A stretch of DNA of 64,000 nt from an uncultured Planctomycetia bacterium (GTDB lineage Bacteria; 4484-113; JAGGVC01), in assembly GCA_964388445.1 (NCBI GenBank), contig CAYMAI010000001.1, positions 75,429-139,428 of the forward strand. Reading direction: 5' to 3'. This document shows positions 26,698 through 36,355 of the stretch, piece after piece (within the stretch, counting starts at the first letter, position 1; the number at the start of each line of letters is the position of its first letter). The position numbers and the translations under genes were made by a program. The notes below the pieces were generated by a model. That model had not been told where the DNA came from. It saw only the letters and a program-made list of their open reading frames with translations, and did no database searches.

Positions 26698-29600
26698 CTA
26701 CCGTCCCGCGACGCCGGCTTCCGCATACTTTTCCGCGCCTGCAAGGTCAACGGGGATGATGCGGCTTACGCCCTTCGGCCTTCCCACGACTCCTATTAAA
26801 CCGTCCGCAAGCTCCATCGTTCGCTTGTTGTGCGTCACCAGAATGAACTGCGTGTGAGCGGCGATTGCGTTTACGAGTTTGCCGAGCCGCAGGATATTCG
26901 CGTCGTCAAGCGCCGCGTCCGCCTCGTCCATAATGCAGAAAGCGCTTTCGCCTATCGAATGAGCGGCCAAGAACAGCGCGAGGAAAACCAGGCTTCGTTC
27001 GCCGCCGGACAGCGACCTAAGCGGCTGCGTCCGCTCGCCGGGCAGCGTGACCATCACTTCAACCCCGCTCGCGAGCACGTCGTCCGGCTCCGTGAACTTT
27101 ATAGCCACCGCGCCGCCGCCGAACAGGAACTTGAAATATTCCTGAAACCTTTCCGTTATTCGTCCGGTGCGCGACGTATATCGCTTCAGCGTGTCGCGGT
27201 CGAGCTTGGCGAGAAGTTCGGTAAGCTGCGCAAGCGCGGCCTGCATATCCGCGTGCTGCAAAAGGAAAAACCTCAAACGGCTCGATTCCTCTTCCCACTG
27301 CCCCGGCGCTTTCAGGTTTACTTCGCCGAGCGCTCGAATGGACTCCTCGGCTTCCCCCACCTTTTCGCGCAGGCGCAATCGTCCCATCTTTTCAAGGCTT
27401 TCAATCGACAGCGGCGGCGCGGGAGGCTTCGGCAGAGCGCCGGCTTCCCATCTCGAAATCACGTTTTCGGGCGCCTCGGCAAGTTCCAGTTGCTCCGGAT
27501 TTTCATCGCCTTCGCCGTCCGGCGTGTTATCGGCCCGGCTATTCGCTTCCGCGCCTTCGGTAATCGAGCGCAGTTCCGCGTTCATCGCTTCCAGTTCGGA
27601 ATAGGATGCGGATGCGAATCCATCTTCCGATTCGCCGTTTTCGCCGCCGTCTCCGGCCAGCGCCGAACCATCCATTTCGACCTTGATTCCCTGCGATTCC
27701 GCCCATGCGCCGAAAAGTAAAATCGCTTCCGAAAACAGCGCTTCGGTTTCCGGCGAAATCAATTCCTGGCCGCCATCTTCCGCTTGCCGTTTTTTTGGTT
27801 CGTCAACCGCGCCGTGCCAGTTCACCCACAAGTCGTAATAGCGATAAAGCAGCCGTCCCCTCGAAACCTCGAATTTCGAAAGGTCGCGATTCAGTCTTTC
27901 AAGTTCGCCGCTTTCGTTTCTGACCTTCGTTTTAGCTTTTTCAAGTTCCGCTTTCGCCGCGTCCGCATCGCTCCTGGCTCCTTCGAGCTTCGACTTGAAA
28001 TCCGCAATTTCGTTTTCTCCGGGGACGCGCCGGACAACTTCGGTTTCGAGCATCTTTCCAGCTTCGGTACTGCGGCTTCTAACTTCGGCTAGGTCGCTTG
28101 CTATTCCACTAAGCTGCCTTTCCGCTTCCGAAACACGCGATGATGCCTCCGATATTTGCGCCTCGAGATGGCTCAATCCGAGTTGAGTAACGCGCTTTTC
28201 CTCGTTTGTCTTTGCCAGTATTTCTCTTGCCTCGCGCAGCGCCAGTTCGGCCTTTTCGTAAGCTTTCGAGGCTTTCCCGCTTGCGCCGGAGGCTTTCTCG
28301 ATAGCGGCTCTTTTTTCCCGCACTTCCGATTCGCGCTTTTCGATTAATGCGCCAAGCTCGGCCTTTTCGGCGGCGGTGTTTTCAAGTTCCAGCTTTATCG
28401 CGCATACCGAAAGCTCAAGTTCTTCGGTCCTGTTTTTCAGCGACGAAAACCTTTCATCGATAACCGCAAGTTCCTTAAGGTGGCGAGACTTTTGCTCGAT
28501 CCGTGCGTCGAGATCGGCCTGAGCGGCCTGCACAGATTCATTGGCGCGCTTAACTTGCGCCTCCGCCGCGGCCCAATCGACGCCTAGCCTGTTGGCATCC
28601 TTCGCCAGCTCGTCGATTTGGCTTCTGCGGGACAAAACCCGGCTTCCCGCGCTTGGCGCACCGCCGATAGCTTGCCCCCGGCCGATCATTACCGAACCGT
28701 CGCGCAAAACCGCCCACGAAAGTTGCGGAGTTTTCAAAAGCAGCTTCTCCGCATCCTCGATTGTCCGGCAAACCGCCACCTCGCCGATTTCGGCAAACAT
28801 CCTCGCCAGTCGGCCGTTTCCGCCGCTTACAAGTTCGAAAAACCTTGCCGCATTTTCAGGCCACCAATCGGGCCGCTCCGGAACGCTTGCGCCTTGCGCG
28901 ACTTCTACGAGGCGCGCCTTTCCTATGCCGCTTTTGTGAAAATCCGCAAGCGCCTTGATGCCCGCCGCGACGTCTCCCACTTCGACTGCGTCCTCGAATT
29001 GCGAAAGCACCAAATAGACCGCTCCCGATAATTCTTGCGGAAAATCGAGGCCTTTCCAAAGGTCGCTAACGCCGCGAACTTTTTCTTTCAACTTCGCGTC
29101 CGTAAGAAATGCTCGCTTTCCGGGCGCAAATCCCTCGGCTTCTTCTTCGAGAGCGCGCAGACTTTTCAGCCGCGCATCGACCGCCGCAAGCGTATCGCGC
29201 ACTTCGTCACGGACTTCGCTCGCCCTCGAAAACGAGGCGCGGCATTGCTCAAGATTTTCCACGGCTTTCGCTGCTTCCGCATCGGCCGACCTGACCCTTT
29301 CCATTTCTGCGACGCGCTCGAATTCGAGCGACGCCGCCCTGCCGCGTAATTCGCCCGCGGCCGTCTCGTCTCGCGCGAGTTCTCGTGAAAGCCGCTCTCC
29401 GGCCGCATTAACGCGCTCCATCGACGAACGTGCAAGCCCGAGCCTGTTTTCAGTTTCCAAAAGCGCGCGCTCGAAATCGAGCAATTCTTCGGTAGTGCGC
29501 TGATTTTCAATCCTCGCGGCCTCGGCCGCTTTCTCCGCCGTTTCCAGCGTCTTTTCCGCCGCAGCAAGCGCCTTTTCTATTTCGATACGTTTTGCCGAAA

Positions 29601-30723
29601 GAATTTCGACTTCTTTTTCAAGAGAGTCTAAATGGCTGCTTCCGCTAACGATCGACTTTTCGGTTTCCTCTTTTCTTATGGCGAGCCCGGCTTCCTTGTC
29701 GGCGAGCATTTCAAGCTCCACTTCTAGTGCGCCGATTCTCGCCGTGGAATTGTCGTAAGATTTCTGCACCCGCCCTAGCGATTCAAGAAGCCGTTCGACT
29801 TCGCTCCGCGCGTCGTTATACTTGGCTTCCAGAGTTTCCTCAAGCTCTTCCGCGCTCTCGGCCGCTTTGTCGAAATCCTCGATTTTCGCCCTTATCTCGC
29901 GGATTACTTCGTAATGCTGCCCGATTTGGTGGAAACACTCCGAAAGCTCTCTCCGCAGAGATTCCCTTTTAAGCGCCTTCAACTCGGCGTCGAGCCGCGA
30001 AAATTCGATTGCGTCCTCGCGTTCTCTTGCCAGGATTTCAACACGCCTTCTGGTTGCGGATATCAAATCCGAAACGCGTTCGAGGTTGTTTCTCGTTTCG
30101 CCAAGCTTGTCTTCCGTGCGGCGTTTCTTGTCTATCAGCAGGCCGATGCCGCACGCGCTCACCAGCCACTGGCGCATTTCCTGAGGATTCGCCAGTATTT
30201 TTTTCTCCACTTCGCCCTGCGTAATCGCTATTGTGCTTCCCCTGCCGAGTCCGAGCAATCCGAAAAACTCGTCCACGTCGCGAAGCCGCGCCTGTTCGCC
30301 GTTTAAGTAATACTCGCTTACGCCGTCGCGATAAAGCCTGCGTTCCAGAGTGACGAATCCGTCGATTTTCGGCTTTCCGTTTCCGCCGCTCGCGCCGTTT
30401 CCGCCGACGGAGATTCCGGGGATTTCCGGGCGGTTTTTGAAAGACAGCGATTCCTGAAAGGCCGGGGCGAACGTAAGCTTGACGCCGGTGTAATTGAGTC
30501 TTTTCAAGTCGCCCGCGCCGCCGAAAATCAGGCTGTCCATTTTGGAAGTGCGAAGCCGGATAGGCGACTGCTCGCCGAATGCGAACAGAATCGAGTCGAG
30601 TATGTTCGACTTTCCGCTCCCGTTCGGGCCTACGATGGCCGTCACGGGACGCTCCAAATCCACCGCCTCGGTCTGGGCGAAGGACTTGAAGCCCGTAAGC
30701 TCTACCCTGATAAGTCTAAGCAC
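26698..30723 (-). CDS. smc: chromosome segregation protein SMC (long form, ~1341 aa, probable GTG start)
   Basis: N-terminal Walker A (LRLIRVELTGFKSF ... IVGPNGSGKSNILDSILFAFG). C-terminal signature and D-loop (LSGGERSLVFLALFLAAHSIGESAFCIMDEADAALD). Long coiled coils. The first ~78 codons of the six-frame ORF look non-coding (Pro/Ser/Arg-rich), so the start is placed at GTG 30723. Confidence 0.85.
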   Translation of the reverse strand: MLRLIRVELTGFKSFAQTEAVDLERPVTAIVGPNGSGKSNILDSILFAFGEQSPIRLRTSKMDSLIFGGAGDLKRLNYTGVKLTFAPAFQESLSFKNRPEIPGISVGGNGASGGNGKPKIDGFVTLERRLYRDGVSEYYLNGEQARLRDVDEFFGLLGLGRGSTIAITQGEVEKKILANPQEMRQWLVSACGIGLLIDKKRRTEDKLGETRNNLERVSDLISATRRRVEILAREREDAIEFSRLDAELKALKRESLRRELSECFHQIGQHYEVIREIRAKIEDFDKAAESAEELEETLEAKYNDARSEVERLLESLGRVQKSYDNSTARIGALEVELEMLADKEAGLAIRKEETEKSIVSGSSHLDSLEKEVEILSAKRIEIEKALAAAEKTLETAEKAAEAARIENQRTTEELLDFERALLETENRLGLARSSMERVNAAGERLSRELARDETAAGELRGRAASLEFERVAEMERVRSADAEAAKAVENLEQCRASFSRASEVRDEVRDTLAAVDARLKSLRALEEEAEGFAPGKRAFLTDAKLKEKVRGVSDLWKGLDFPQELSGAVYLVLSQFEDAVEVGDVAAGIKALADFHKSGIGKARLVEVAQGASVPERPDWWPENAARFFELVSGGNGRLARMFAEIGEVAVCRTIEDAEKLLLKTPQLSWAVLRDGSVMIGRGQAIGGAPSAGSRVLSRRSQIDELAKDANRLGVDWAAAEAQVKRANESVQAAQADLDARIEQKSRHLKELAVIDERFSSLKNRTEELELSVCAIKLELENTAAEKAELGALIEKRESEVREKRAAIEKASGASGKASKAYEKAELALREAREILAKTNEEKRVTQLGLSHLEAQISEASSRVSEAERQLSGIASDLAEVRSRSTEAGKMLETEVVRRVPGENEIADFKSKLEGARSDADAAKAELEKAKTKVRNESGELERLNRDLSKFEVSRGRLLYRYYDLWVNWHGAVDEPKKRQAEDGGQELISPETEALFSEAILLFGAWAESQGIKVEMDGSALAGDGGENGESEDGFASASYSELEAMNAELRSITEGAEANSRADNTPDGEGDENPEQLELAEAPENVISRWEAGALPKPPAPPLSIESLEKMGRLRLREKVGEAEESIRALGEVNLKAPGQWEEESSRLRFFLLQHADMQAALAQLTELLAKLDRDTLKRYTSRTGRITERFQEYFKFLFGGGAVAIKFTEPDDVLASGVEVMVTLPGERTQPLRSLSGGERSLVFLALFLAAHSIGESAFCIMDEADAALDDANILRLGKLVNAIAAHTQFILVTHNKRTMELADGLIGVVGRPKGVSRIIPVDLAGAEKYAEAGVAGR

Positions 30724-31169
30724 TACCTGCCAAACCCTAAAAAGCGCGTCGATAACGGCCCGAAAGCCGCCCCAGGAGTTTCGAGACCCGTCGCCACCTC
30801 CCCGAAGGCTCCGGCTCCAACCCAAGCGAAACACTATTATATCAGAATTCGCGACATGCAACCAAAATCGTTTGTCCGAAACTAGCAGATTTAACAAGTT
30901 AGAAGCACTCAGCGGAAAATTCTTCCTCGAATATACACATGATTTCAACCGGTTTTCCACAATGCCCTTTTTTTTGTTGATAACTTGTTGGAAAACCGAT
31001 TTTCAGCCGGAATAACTTCAGGATTAATGCGGATATCCTGTTTGAATTTGATTGCATTTGTTGATACTTTGTTTGGCCGTTTGCCGAATGGCAGGCGCTG
31101 CCAGCCGCCGCTTCCGAATTTGCCGGGCGGCTAATCAGACATGATAAAATCGGTTTCCATTTTGAAAAA

Positions 31170-31937
31170 GTGGAGGTTGGTATGTTCAGCTCTAAAACCG
31201 GTTTTCGCTTTTTCTTTGCAGCCATTTGCGTTGCGTTTATCGGTGCGGCATTGATATTAACAGGATGCCCGAAGCTTGGCGGCTCCGGAACAACTGCGGG
31301 CGATGGCGAAAGCGCCGCGGACGCGCCGGCCGGCGGCGATGGTCAAACGGGCGGCTCAGTCTCGTCCGGCGGAACCGGCTCATCGGGCGGCGAAACGCCC
31401 GGAGGAGAAACCGTGGACAAAGGTATCAGCGATATGTTTCCCGATGAAACCGCGCCCGAGGAACCCGGCGCCTATTCCGGCGGCAAGTGGAAACCGCTTA
31501 AGCTAACGTCGTCCGCTTTTCAAGACAAGGGAGCGATTTCGCCAAGGTACTCCCGAAAGGGCAACAACTTGAGCCCGCCGCTCAAAATAGACGGTGTGCC
31601 GGATCACGCCAAAAGCCTTGTAATCATCATGGACGATCCGGATGCGCCTGGCGGATTGTGGACGCACTGGGTTCTTTTCAACATCCCCCCGGCAACGGCC
31701 GCAATTGGCGAAAACGAAGCGGTTGCCGGCGCAAGGCACGGCCTTAACAGCTGGGGGCAGGACAAATACGACGGCCCGCAACCTCCGAGCGGCACGCACC
31801 GCTACCAATTCAAGCTATACGCGCTCGACAACACACTCGGCCTCGATGCGGGAGCGACGCGCTCGCAGGTCGAACAAGCGATGACGGGCCACGTAATCGC
31901 CACCGCCGTTCTCTCCGGCACTTTCGGCGCCGGATAG
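31170..31937 (+). CDS. YbhB/YbcL-family phosphatidylethanolamine-binding protein (PEBP) lipoprotein
   Basis: Lipobox (LILTGC), a Gly/Ser-rich linker, and PEBP motifs (DDPDAPGGLWTHWVLFNIP; GPQPPSGTHRYQFKLYALD). Confidence 0.8.
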   Translation: MEVGMFSSKTGFRFFFAAICVAFIGAALILTGCPKLGGSGTTAGDGESAADAPAGGDGQTGGSVSSGGTGSSGGETPGGETVDKGISDMFPDETAPEEPGAYSGGKWKPLKLTSSAFQDKGAISPRYSRKGNNLSPPLKIDGVPDHAKSLVIIMDDPDAPGGLWTHWVLFNIPPATAAIGENEAVAGARHGLNSWGQDKYDGPQPPSGTHRYQFKLYALDNTLGLDAGATRSQVEQAMTGHVIATAVLSGTFGAG

Positions 31938-32021
31938 AGATTTCCGTGCATTTCGTTTGCGTGCTACAAACGCCAACTGCATAGTTTGCAGCCAAGTGCA
32001 CAGAAGAAAGGCGACTCACGG

Positions 32022-33329
32022 CTATTCTTCCACCGCAGAAATTGTGCGGCGCGGCCCGGTGCGCGCGAACAGCCCAACCATTAGCCACGGAACGAACGCA
32101 CTGAATATGAAGGCAAAAGCCAACAGCCTGTTTTCCGGATACACGCCGTCGTAAAAGAAATGATGAAATGCCACAAATGGCGGACTTATGCCTATCGAGT
32201 TAGGCGAGTTTATATAATTAGATGCATATACGAGCGATATGAAAGGCCCGATAGTGGCGAAAACCGCAAGAAGCGCAATGATGCCGTACAAAGTCCAGTC
32301 CAAAGAAGACCGAGTTCCAAGAAGCCACCACATTGAAAGCAGGCTTATGACTGCAAGGAAAGGAATCGGAACTGCGAGCCAACCGATACCGGCGCCATCG
32401 TCGATTGCGGGCATTGTCCACCAGCGCTCGATTTCCGCAGATGAAACCAGCTTTTTGTTTTTCTTGAACCATTCAGAGGAGTAATTTCTTCTTCCTTCAA
32501 AAGCTGCACCCGGAAGCGGCTGTTGCTCGACAACGGAAATTTCGAATACCCCGCCGTTTTTCAAGTTTTCAAAAACAAGTTTGTTCTTTACTGCTATTTG
32601 AGGAGCACCTTGGTAAAGAAAAGCAAGAATCATTAAAAGAAAAGCGCAAATCGCCCAAAGACGTTTTCGGGAGACAATTAGCAAAATGGCTGAAACTAAG
32701 ATGATTACTGCGGACAATACAATCCCGCCAAAATACTTTCCAATCGGCCATTCCGTTAACAATACCCCTTCGCCGCGAAAAGTATAACTAATGGGTACCA
32801 AGTAATAGCCGCAAATTACGAGTAGTGTGTGAATCACCTTCAGCTGTATTATTTTCGCCAACATCACGCCTAAGCCTTTTCTGTACGCCTCGACTAGAGT
32901 GATCGCGAATTGCGTAAAAAATCCGGCACGTGCAAAGGCAGATAAAAACCATGCCAGTGCAGTTTGGTTAACCAAAAGTTCTTCAAGCGCGTGCCTTTCA
33001 GTCTCGAATTTCCAATAACCCGTCCAGTCGCGCATCCCCGCGATCCAATCTGAAAGGATCACTAGAATTAACCACGCGAAAAGCCATACAAGCGAGCGTA
33101 TTTCGCTTTTACCGGGCTTGCTCCATAGTGTGTTTACGACCTGATCTCTTACAAATGGCGCCGCGAGTTTTCGAAGAACCGTGTGCGAGTCCAACCTTGC
33201 GCGTATTTCGTTGGCGAAATTGGATTCGGACTTTGATGCGCACCCAACATGATCTTCGATTTCGAGTTCGATTTCGCGTTTTAGCTTGTCCGAAAGCGGC
33301 AAGTCGAGCGTGATTTCCCTGTCGTTCAT
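32022..33329 (-). CDS. polytopic membrane protein co-transcribed with PadR (DUF-type PadR partner)
   Basis: ~435 aa with many TM helices. Probable start at the ATG directly after the padR stop (six-frame ORF extended to 33476). Positive-inside N-terminal amphipathic region. Confidence 0.55.
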   Translation of the reverse strand: MNDREITLDLPLSDKLKREIELEIEDHVGCASKSESNFANEIRARLDSHTVLRKLAAPFVRDQVVNTLWSKPGKSEIRSLVWLFAWLILVILSDWIAGMRDWTGYWKFETERHALEELLVNQTALAWFLSAFARAGFFTQFAITLVEAYRKGLGVMLAKIIQLKVIHTLLVICGYYLVPISYTFRGEGVLLTEWPIGKYFGGIVLSAVIILVSAILLIVSRKRLWAICAFLLMILAFLYQGAPQIAVKNKLVFENLKNGGVFEISVVEQQPLPGAAFEGRRNYSSEWFKKNKKLVSSAEIERWWTMPAIDDGAGIGWLAVPIPFLAVISLLSMWWLLGTRSSLDWTLYGIIALLAVFATIGPFISLVYASNYINSPNSIGISPPFVAFHHFFYDGVYPENRLLAFAFIFSAFVPWLMVGLFARTGPRRTISAVEE

Positions 33330-33670
33330 CCCGTCTTCTCCGTACTGAGATTCAACACCTGCATTGCGGCGCTCGTCCATTTTTTGAATGCGGCCGCTTC
33401 GCGCGCCAAAGTTTTTTTCCCCTTCGGAGTTATTTTGTACATCTTGCGCGGCCGTCCGTTTTCGCCTTCCGCCCATCTCGAACTTACCGCACCGGCGTTT
33501 TCGAGCGAGTGAAGGATGGGATAAAGCGTCTCAACGCGCACGGTTAAGTCCTCGCCGCTTTTCGCGCGTATCGCCTCGGCTATACCCCAGCCGTAGTTTT
33601 CGCCGAGAGCGAGTTCCGATAGCACCAGCACCCGCAGAGCACCGCTTCTCAAATCGTCGGTTTTGCCCAT
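33326..33670 (-). CDS. PadR family transcriptional regulator
   Basis: PadR winged-helix motif (LRVLVLSELALGENYGWGIAEAIRAKSGEDLTVRVETLYPILHSLENAGAV ... RKMYKITPKGKKTL). Start placed at MGKTDD (33670). Confidence 0.85.
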   Translation of the reverse strand: MGKTDDLRSGALRVLVLSELALGENYGWGIAEAIRAKSGEDLTVRVETLYPILHSLENAGAVSSRWAEGENGRPRKMYKITPKGKKTLAREAAAFKKWTSAAMQVLNLSTEKTG

Positions 33671-33684
33671 ATCAAACACAACCT

Positions 33685-33707
33685 TATATATAGGTAATCT
33701 ATATATA
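33685..33707. promoter_or_regulatory. near-perfect palindrome TATATATAG-N5-CTATATATA 15-37 nt upstream of the padR start; candidate PadR operator overlapping a -10-like TATA element
   Basis: Inverted repeat read from the sequence (9-bp arms, 5-bp spacer). PadR regulators typically autoregulate via palindromic operators. Confidence 0.45.
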
Positions 33708-33755
33708 CCATGCAATGTGCCGCTTGTCAAGCGCTTTTCGGAAAAAAATACGCGG

Positions 33756-35225
33756 CTACACCTTTTCCAATTCCGCCAGCTTTTTTACGGCCGTGTCGTA
33801 CGCCCAATCGCCGGGCTTCGAAAGTTCCATTCCTTTCATGAACGCGTGTTTTGCGTTTTCGGCGTCTCCGGATTTCAGGCGGCAAAGGCCTAGCGCGGTC
33901 CAAGCGTTCGCGTACCCGGGGTTGATTTCCACCGTGCGTTCGTATGCCGCCGCTCCTTTCGAATATTCTTCCAGCCCGTTATAAATTCTGCCGAGCGTGT
34001 AATGCGCTTCGTCGTATGCGGGCGCAAGTTCCACGCCGCGCAGCGCGTGCGGCAAAGCGGCATCTTTTTCGCCGCTTTCGTGCAACGCGTTTGCGAGTCC
34101 GATATGCGCGTAGAGATAATCGGGGTCTATTGCCAGCGCCTTGCGGTAGTCGGAAAGCGCGCCTGCCATATCGCCCTTTTTCTTGCGGGCCAGAGCAAGG
34201 TTCACGTAAGTCAGCGGGTGGTTTGGCCTGATTTCAAGAGCGCGAGTTAGCCACGCGATAGCGCCGTCGAAGTCGCCGGTCGAGACATGCACATTGCCGA
34301 TGTTGACGTGCGCCGGAGCGCTATCCGGCTCCTTTTCGAGCGCGGACATCAATACATCCAGTGCGCCGCCGTAGTCGCCCGATGCTATTAGCAGCTCGCC
34401 CAAACTTATGTAATCGCCTATGAAATCGGGATCGATTTCGATTGCCTTGCGATAGTGATATGCGCCCCTTTCGAGGTTTTCGCCGCCAAGCTCGCGCATA
34501 ATCGCTCCCATATAACTGTGCGCGTACGGATTAAGCGGTTCGATAGAAATAATTTTCGCGCACATCGCTTCGGCTTCTTGCAGGATTTCACGCGGCAGAA
34601 ATCTTTTCACAGCGCCGTTTTCGTCCAGCAGCAAATCCGCGATGCGTCCCTCCATTGCGAGCGTGTCGATTGTTTTTCCGATATCGCCTTCGCTGATTGC
34701 CGCGATTGCGGTTTCGTCCGCGCCTCCGAGCGCTTGCACTAGCCCCAAAGCGAGCTCGCTGATGAGCGACGCCGTCGAATCCGTTTTGGCGAAAGATTCG
34801 CAGCTGCCTTCGGTCAGCGCCGTCGAGCAATCGACCAAGTACGCGAAAGCCATCAGTTCGTTTCCCGCAATCGTATAGGTTCCGTATGCAATATGCGTCG
34901 CGCCCGCGATTTTCCCCAGTTCGGCGGCGGTTTCGGCGTCCGCGAATCCTGTCATTCCGAATCTCTGTTCGGCCATCGCCTGCCGGCGCGCCTCAACGCT
35001 CGTTACCTTTATGCTGGAAATCTTGGACAGCTTGACGGAAATCGAATTGGCGATGCCTATGCCGACGCCGTTCCACTTCGGGTCGCCGGTCTCGTTCGCG
35101 AAATCGCCGACGAAAATCACCTTTTCGGCGGCTAACGCGCCTGAATCGAAGATTAACAACAACGACAATAATGCGGCAGCAACCGAATAAAAAAGTCTTC
35201 GAATATAAATTACCGGTCTAGCCAT
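33756..35225 (-). CDS. tetratricopeptide-repeat (TPR) protein, secreted or lipoprotein
   Basis: Signal peptide. Multiple TPR-like repeats (repeated A..Y..AL.IDP..A..NLG motif). 489 aa. Confidence 0.7.
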   Translation of the reverse strand: MARPVIYIRRLFYSVAAALLSLLLIFDSGALAAEKVIFVGDFANETGDPKWNGVGIGIANSISVKLSKISSIKVTSVEARRQAMAEQRFGMTGFADAETAAELGKIAGATHIAYGTYTIAGNELMAFAYLVDCSTALTEGSCESFAKTDSTASLISELALGLVQALGGADETAIAAISEGDIGKTIDTLAMEGRIADLLLDENGAVKRFLPREILQEAEAMCAKIISIEPLNPYAHSYMGAIMRELGGENLERGAYHYRKAIEIDPDFIGDYISLGELLIASGDYGGALDVLMSALEKEPDSAPAHVNIGNVHVSTGDFDGAIAWLTRALEIRPNHPLTYVNLALARKKKGDMAGALSDYRKALAIDPDYLYAHIGLANALHESGEKDAALPHALRGVELAPAYDEAHYTLGRIYNGLEEYSKGAAAYERTVEINPGYANAWTALGLCRLKSGDAENAKHAFMKGMELSKPGDWAYDTAVKKLAELEKV

Positions 35226-35281
35226 GGCTTCACCCGCCAGCGTAAAGCCAAATTATACCGGATAGGTGCTAAATATCGCTC

Positions 35282-36355
35282 TTACGCGTGCGCGCCGGCA
35301 AGCTGCCTTGCCTGAAAATCCTGCTGAAGCGGCTCGACGATTTTGCCGAGTTCCTCGCCGGATAGAATTTGGGGAAGATTGTGCAGCGTCAATCCGATTC
35401 GATGGTCGGTGACGCGGCTTTGCGGAAAGTTGTACGTACGGATTTTTTCGCTGCGCTCTCCGGTTCCGACTTGCTCCTTTCTGTCCGCCGCCCTCTCTTT
35501 CGCAAGCCTGTCCTGCTCCGCCTGAAAAATATGGCTGCGCAAAATTTTCAACGCTTTTTCTTTGTTCTGAAGCTGGCTTCGCTCGTCCTGACAGGCGACG
35601 ACGACGCCGGTTGGAAGATGCGTAATTCTAATCGCGCTCGAAGTTTTGTTCACGTGCTGTCCGCCAGCTCCGCTCGACCGGTACACGTCGATTTTCAAGT
35701 CCTTGTCGTTAAGCTCGACGTCGACGTCCTCCGCCGCCGGAAGTACCGCCACCGTTACCGTGCTCGTGTGAATTCTCCCGCTCGATTCCGTCGCGGGCAC
35801 GCGCTGAACCCGATGCACACCGCTTTCGAATCTCAAATAGCGATAGACGTTTCTGCCGGTAATTTCACAGGTGACTTCTTTGATTCCGCCGAGCCCGATA
35901 TCGTTCATGTCCAGCACGGAAAACCGCCAGCCCATCAGCTCGGAATAACGTTGATACATCCGCATCAAATCCGCCGCGAACAGCGAAGCCTCGTCCCCCC
36001 CCGCGCCGGCGCGAATTTCGAGAATGACGTCCTTCTTGTCGTTCGGATCGCTCGGCGTAAGGAGCATTTTGATTTCCGCTTCCAGCTTGCTCATTTCTTC
36101 GCGGTGCGATTCCGCGTCGTCGCTTAGCATTTGCCTCAGTTCTTCGTCGTCCGCGCTTTGAAGTTCCAAAGCGCTGCTTTCCGCCTGGGCTTTGTGTTTA
36201 AGGTACTTGCGGTAAGGAATCAGGATTTCTTCGAGTTCGCTGAATTCCTTGCTTTTCTTGATGTAATTTTCGCGGTCGTTCAAGACAGCGGGGTCCGCCA
36301 GTTCGGTTTCGAGCTGCTGGAATCGCGCCTCGATTTCTTCAAGCTTACTCCACAT
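35282..36355 (-). CDS. prfA: peptide chain release factor 1
   Basis: GGQ motif (SGAGGQHVNKTSSAIRITHLPTG). RF1-type PxT tripeptide (RVPATE). Start at MWSKLEEIE. Confidence 0.9.
   Translation of the reverse strand: MWSKLEEIEARFQQLETELADPAVLNDRENYIKKSKEFSELEEILIPYRKYLKHKAQAESSALELQSADDEELRQMLSDDAESHREEMSKLEAEIKMLLTPSDPNDKKDVILEIRAGAGGDEASLFAADLMRMYQRYSELMGWRFSVLDMNDIGLGGIKEVTCEITGRNVYRYLRFESGVHRVQRVPATESSGRIHTSTVTVAVLPAAEDVDVELNDKDLKIDVYRSSGAGGQHVNKTSSAIRITHLPTGVVVACQDERSQLQNKEKALKILRSHIFQAEQDRLAKERAADRKEQVGTGERSEKIRTYNFPQSRVTDHRIGLTLHNLPQILSGEELGKIVEPLQQDFQARQLAGAHA

Noticed and set aside
26830-27720. 296-aa ORF antisense to smc (and many shorter ones through 30300)
   Set aside because: smc coding is certain (Walker A, signature, coiled coils). 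The antisense ORFs are low-complexity Arg/Ser/Phe-rich.
30724-30960. N-terminal 78 codons of the six-frame smc ORF
   Set aside because: Pro/Ser/Arg/Gly-rich sequence unlike any SMC N-terminus. The canonical head motif begins exactly at an in-frame GTG (30723), so the region is treated as 5' leader.
33330-33476. N-terminal extension of the membrane-protein ORF overlapping padR by ~150 nt
   Set aside because: An internal ATG directly abuts the padR stop (translational coupling). The extension is charged, Arg-rich and non-hydrophobic, unlike the rest of the protein.
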